From NCBI GenBank assembly GCA_053919585.1, contig CM132783.1: DNA of 64,000 bases. One strand, 5' to 3'. The number at the start of each line of letters is the position of its first letter. Within the stretch, counting starts at the first letter, position 1. The DNA comes from Euprymna scolopes (taxonomy: Eukaryota). The notes beneath the pieces are model-generated. The model made no database searches and was not told the DNA's origin. It saw only the letters and a list, made by a program, of their open reading frames with translations. This document shows positions 60,270 to 64,000 of this stretch, one piece after another. A program made the position numbers and the translations under genes.

Positions 60270-63200
60270 ACCACCCTCACGGAGTCACAGAAATACCTGG
60301 ATTAGGAACCAGGCACGGGGCAAACCCTCTCAGTGCTGATGGACCCGTGGATCTTTCCAGGTCATCCATCTAGGAGAAGGAAAACTCTGAAGCTAAACCT
60401 AAGGGGAGGAAGGCCTCTCCAGCCTTGGATGACAACCTTCCTAGATCTGGTGACTCAAACAAATTACCGGTCTGCAAACCTAAACTGTAAAGGAGTAGAT
60501 AGGCACTGTCTATCGCCTGGCTTCTATACTCCTTCTTTGTCTATTAGCCAGGCATAGAGGTCGAACCACTGAGAGTCGACAGAAACACTCGGTGGTCGAT
60601 CTTATTTCCTGACTAGAGCAATGAACGCCATTTTTCCCCACTCCTGAGACATCCCATCCCTTAAACTGGGCACTTGGGAGTGCTTGAATACCGTAATGCC
60701 AGTGCAAGCAGATTGGGTTGACTATCATCTGATGGGTTGAGTGTATTGGATAGACAGTTCCTAGCTGCTGTTCCTGACTGGTAATACAGGTGCCCCAACT
60801 CTTTGGTAGCGCTTAGAGCAGCTGCTCCATCAACAGTTGTATAATATCGGGGTGTTTGTAGTGCCATGTCACACATGGAAAGGGAGCCTGCACTCATCCC
60901 CGGTAGGCTATCCTGAGGCCACAACCCTAGTAGATGGAGGGACAGCTGATGGTCTGCCTATGTAGCATGTCTTGCATTCTGCCAAACCACTTGCTCAGCA
61001 CCCCTTACCTAAACTGAAACTCTTAAAAGTAAAAATGACAGTACATTAAAAAATAATGCTAACACCAGGCCAAAACTCTAACAAAACCAACCTGCCTTCT
61101 CCCTTGAGGCTCGCATTTACAAACATCCGTGGGCTTAGAACTAATTTAAATGATGTTGAAGCATTTCTCCTAACAAACACCCCGGATATCTTAGCACTAA
61201 GTGAGACTAACCTACACTCCTCCATCCTCTCTAACTACTATAACATGCCTGGATACCTCCCACTCTGCTGTAAGGACTCTAACAGACATATGCATGGCAT
61301 TTAAAAAAAAAAATTTTTTTACATAAGCATCACCACTTATCAAGGCCAAGAGGCCACTCGAGAATAAAGGTTAAAGAGTGTACATTAGAAATTGGACAAT
61401 ATAGTACTAGTTAGTAATGGAGATTTGGTAAATTTGTTAACTCAGATGGAACGGCTCATCAAAATATTTGTTACGTTAGACTTGAAAACAATCATATTGT
61501 AGTCAGCTGGAAAGCAGAAAAACGGAAGACAATTTCATAGGCGTGCAGTTCTAAGAAAGAAGCTTTGCTCATGGAATCTATGCTTAGGTTTAGGCACAGA
61601 CAAAGAATGGGGGGAAACTAGTGAGTGTTTTCTGCTAGACGGGTGTTTCTTGCTAAAGTTTGGCGAGGAGGGACCATAGAATGAAGCTCTGTTCCCACAT
61701 GCAAATTCTATAGCAAACTCCACTCTCTCCAATGGTTCAATAGCGCAAAAGCAGAATGAGTACCGCAAATTTAACCGACATAAGTCCAGTTCACACAGAC
61801 AGAAGTATATAGAAGCCAGAAATAACTGTAAGAAAGAAATAGCGACAGCTAAGAGAGAATTTACTGAAACCACCCAAAGACCCATCGAAGCACAGAAATT
61901 AGGAACCCAAGACTTCTGGAAAATCTACAACAGTGTAGTAAATAATGGGCAATCAACAATTCCCCCACTATCCAACAATCATGAGGTTGTTTGCTCTGTA
62001 ACTGAGAAGGCTAACATGCTTGCCAGACGGTTTGCCTCCAACTCCACACTGGACTCTGCTAAACACCCCCTCCATGACTTTCCTTTGCGGACAAACGCCA
62101 AACTAGACGATCTGAAAATCACCCCTGCTCAGGTGCATGCTATCATAAGAAAGCTTGACACTGTAAAAGCATGTGGACCTGATCTCATCCCGGCTGTGCT
62201 ATTAAAAAAGTGTGCCGCCGAAGTAGCTCCAATTCTTTCCAAACTTTACAACAAATGCCTTAATGAATCTTGCTTTCCTGCCTGCTGGAAAACTGCTTCT
62301 GTAGTGCCAGTTTTCAAGAATTCTAGCAAAAGAACTGCTCAAGTAAATTATCACCCCATTAGCCTCCTCCCACTTTTCGCCAAAATATTTGAGACCATAA
62401 TTAACCAAGCTCTAGTCCATCACCTTACAGATGCTAAACTTCTGACTGACCAACAATATGGATTTGGGCAAGCCCGTTCCACAGCAGACATCTTAACTGT
62501 AATCTCAGAACGTATATACCAGTCACTGGACAAAGCAGGGGAGGGTAGAGTGGTAGCTCTAGATATATCTAAGACTTTTGACAGGGTATGGCATGAGGGT
62601 CTTCAAGAAAATCAGATCATACGGCATCACTGGAGGAATACATAACATAATTAAATCCTTCTTAGATAAGAGAAAAATCCAGGTTGTCCTTGACGGTCGT
62701 ACATCTAAACAAAATAATATAAATGCGGGAGTGCCTCAGGGGTCTATCCTTGGACCTTTGTTATTCCTGATATTCATAAATGACCTGAAAAAATTGTCTG
62801 TGAGATGGGTATGTATGCTGACGATACCACGCTCTATAACAGACACGACAGGAAAACAAATGAACATATATCTAAAGAAATGGCAGAAACACTAGAGGAA
62901 GACCTCTAATCTGTAGTGGAATGGGGACAAAAATGGATGGTCACCTTCAATGCTGCCAAGGCTAAACTTGTTTCCTTCAATAATTACAAGAAACCTTCCC
63001 TACCGCCAATAGCAGTGGCCAATGAGTTTTTATCTAAAAGTACATTTTAAACTCTTTGCCCTAACGTCCACAGGAAACATGAGTTGGAACAATTACATTG
63101 AGAACATTACCAGGACCCCTGCGAAGAAGGTAAGTTCTCTCTACCATGTTAGAAAGCTATTAACGCCTGAAAGTATCCTATACCTCTACAAGGCCACCAC

Positions 63201-63732
63201 TCGCCCATGTACGGAGTATTGTTGTCATATTTGGGCTGGTGCATCTGCCATTAGGCTCTCGCTCCTAGACAAGGTTCAAAAGAGAGTCGCCAATCTGATA
63301 GGTCCTGAACTGTCAGCTAAACTTCAGCCTCTGTCACATCGACGAAATGTTGCATCCCTCTGCTTGTTCTACAAGTGCTTTAACTGTGAATGCTCTGACG
63401 AACTGCGAGCACTTGTGCCCCCCGACATAAATACCTCCGACAAACCCAACAAGCAGCTAAATCCCACCCCTTCACAGTAGAGATCCCTAGATGAAAGAGA
63501 GCCTTCTACACCAGTAGTTTCTTGCCCAGAACAGCTAGACTTTGTAATTCCCTTCCGGGTCCCTGCTTCCCCGACTGTACTGACATGCAGAAGTTCAAGT
63601 GTAACGTGAACAGACATCTTGCTGCCCAACTTCCTACACAGTACCCCTGATGCTTATGTCCCTGATAGTAGCCCCCTACAACAAAGTGGCAATGTGCCTT
63701 GTTTGGGGTGAAAATGCAATAATAAAAAAAAA
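60270..63732 (+). mobile_element. Near full-length CR1-group family A LINE (5' UTR, endonuclease start, RT, tail), rearranged
   Basis: GC-richer leader; ORF 61056 with FTNIRGL and PDILALSET (APE N-terminus); RT pieces at 62016-63480 closely similar to 7161-9157; A tail at ~63720. The link between leader and RT part is inferred from collinearity. Confidence 0.85.
61313..61688 (-). mobile_element. CR1-group family B 3' fragment nested antisense in the family A element
   Basis: HSLSVPKPKHRFHEQSFFLRTARL, the family B UTR, and a T-run at 61313-61320. Confidence 0.92.
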
Positions 63733-63799
63733 GCTTTAAAGCTCTTTGTTTGTAAATAAACAAACAAATCGAGCACTATTAAAGTGTCAGTCAAATGTT

Positions 63800-64000
63800 T
63801 ATTTAAATAGCTATGATACAGCAAAACAGAATGATAAAGATAAGTACATGTAAACTGTTCAAACTTCCAGACTTGAACTTTGGTTTCTTCAAACTACTGG
63901 AATGCTCAGTGACAGGGAGGTCTTTCTTCAGATTACAACAGTAGTTAACCATTATGACTGCCTCCCAGCAACCTTGATACCTGGTCTTCATCTCTTTCAG
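63800..64000 (-). mobile_element. DNA transposase C-terminal remnant (Chapaev3/CMC-like), running off the window
   Basis: LKEMKTRYQGCWEAVIMVNYCCNLKKD matches the KEME.RYQG.W...M.ADYCW.LKRD transposase tail. Superfamily assignment is from memory. Confidence 0.6.

Noticed and set aside
1-64000. A prokaryote-type system (operon, defence island, retron) or a multi-exon host gene
   Set aside because: Coding density is very low, every recognisable ORF is from a eukaryotic transposon, and no consistent exon chain could be built by eye; small exons could have been missed.

Overview
AT-rich, gene-poor, repeat-saturated animal DNA, most likely invertebrate (the taxon cannot be fixed from the sequence). 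No host protein-coding gene is supported; every ORF with recognisable homology is transposon-derived. Retroelements: CR1-group (Zenon-like) LINEs of at least three families, including a 5'-truncated copy with an uninterrupted RT ORF (7061-9157) and a near full-length rearranged copy (about 60270-63732); decayed RTE, R4-like and Penelope-like fragments; a BEL/Pao gag-protease remnant; two solo LTRs. DNA elements: a complete dead mariner, a maT-like and a Chapaev3-like remnant, several MITEs, and stacked non-autonomous Helitrons carrying minisatellites. The most unusual content is a set of small-RNA-derived mobile repeats. (1) A three-copy SINE-like family starts with the 5' end of U2 snRNA, and its branch-point recognition sequence is locked in a hairpin. 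(2) Dispersed arrays of a ~65-bp unit carry the same U2 motif and, on the other strand, read like minimal introns. (3) Five minimal type I hammerhead ribozyme motifs are present, three behind tRNA-like Pol III heads and one with a U3-A8 core covariation. (4) Six 5S rRNA-headed SINEs have three different bodies. All alignments were done by eye; boundaries of decayed repeats are approximate.
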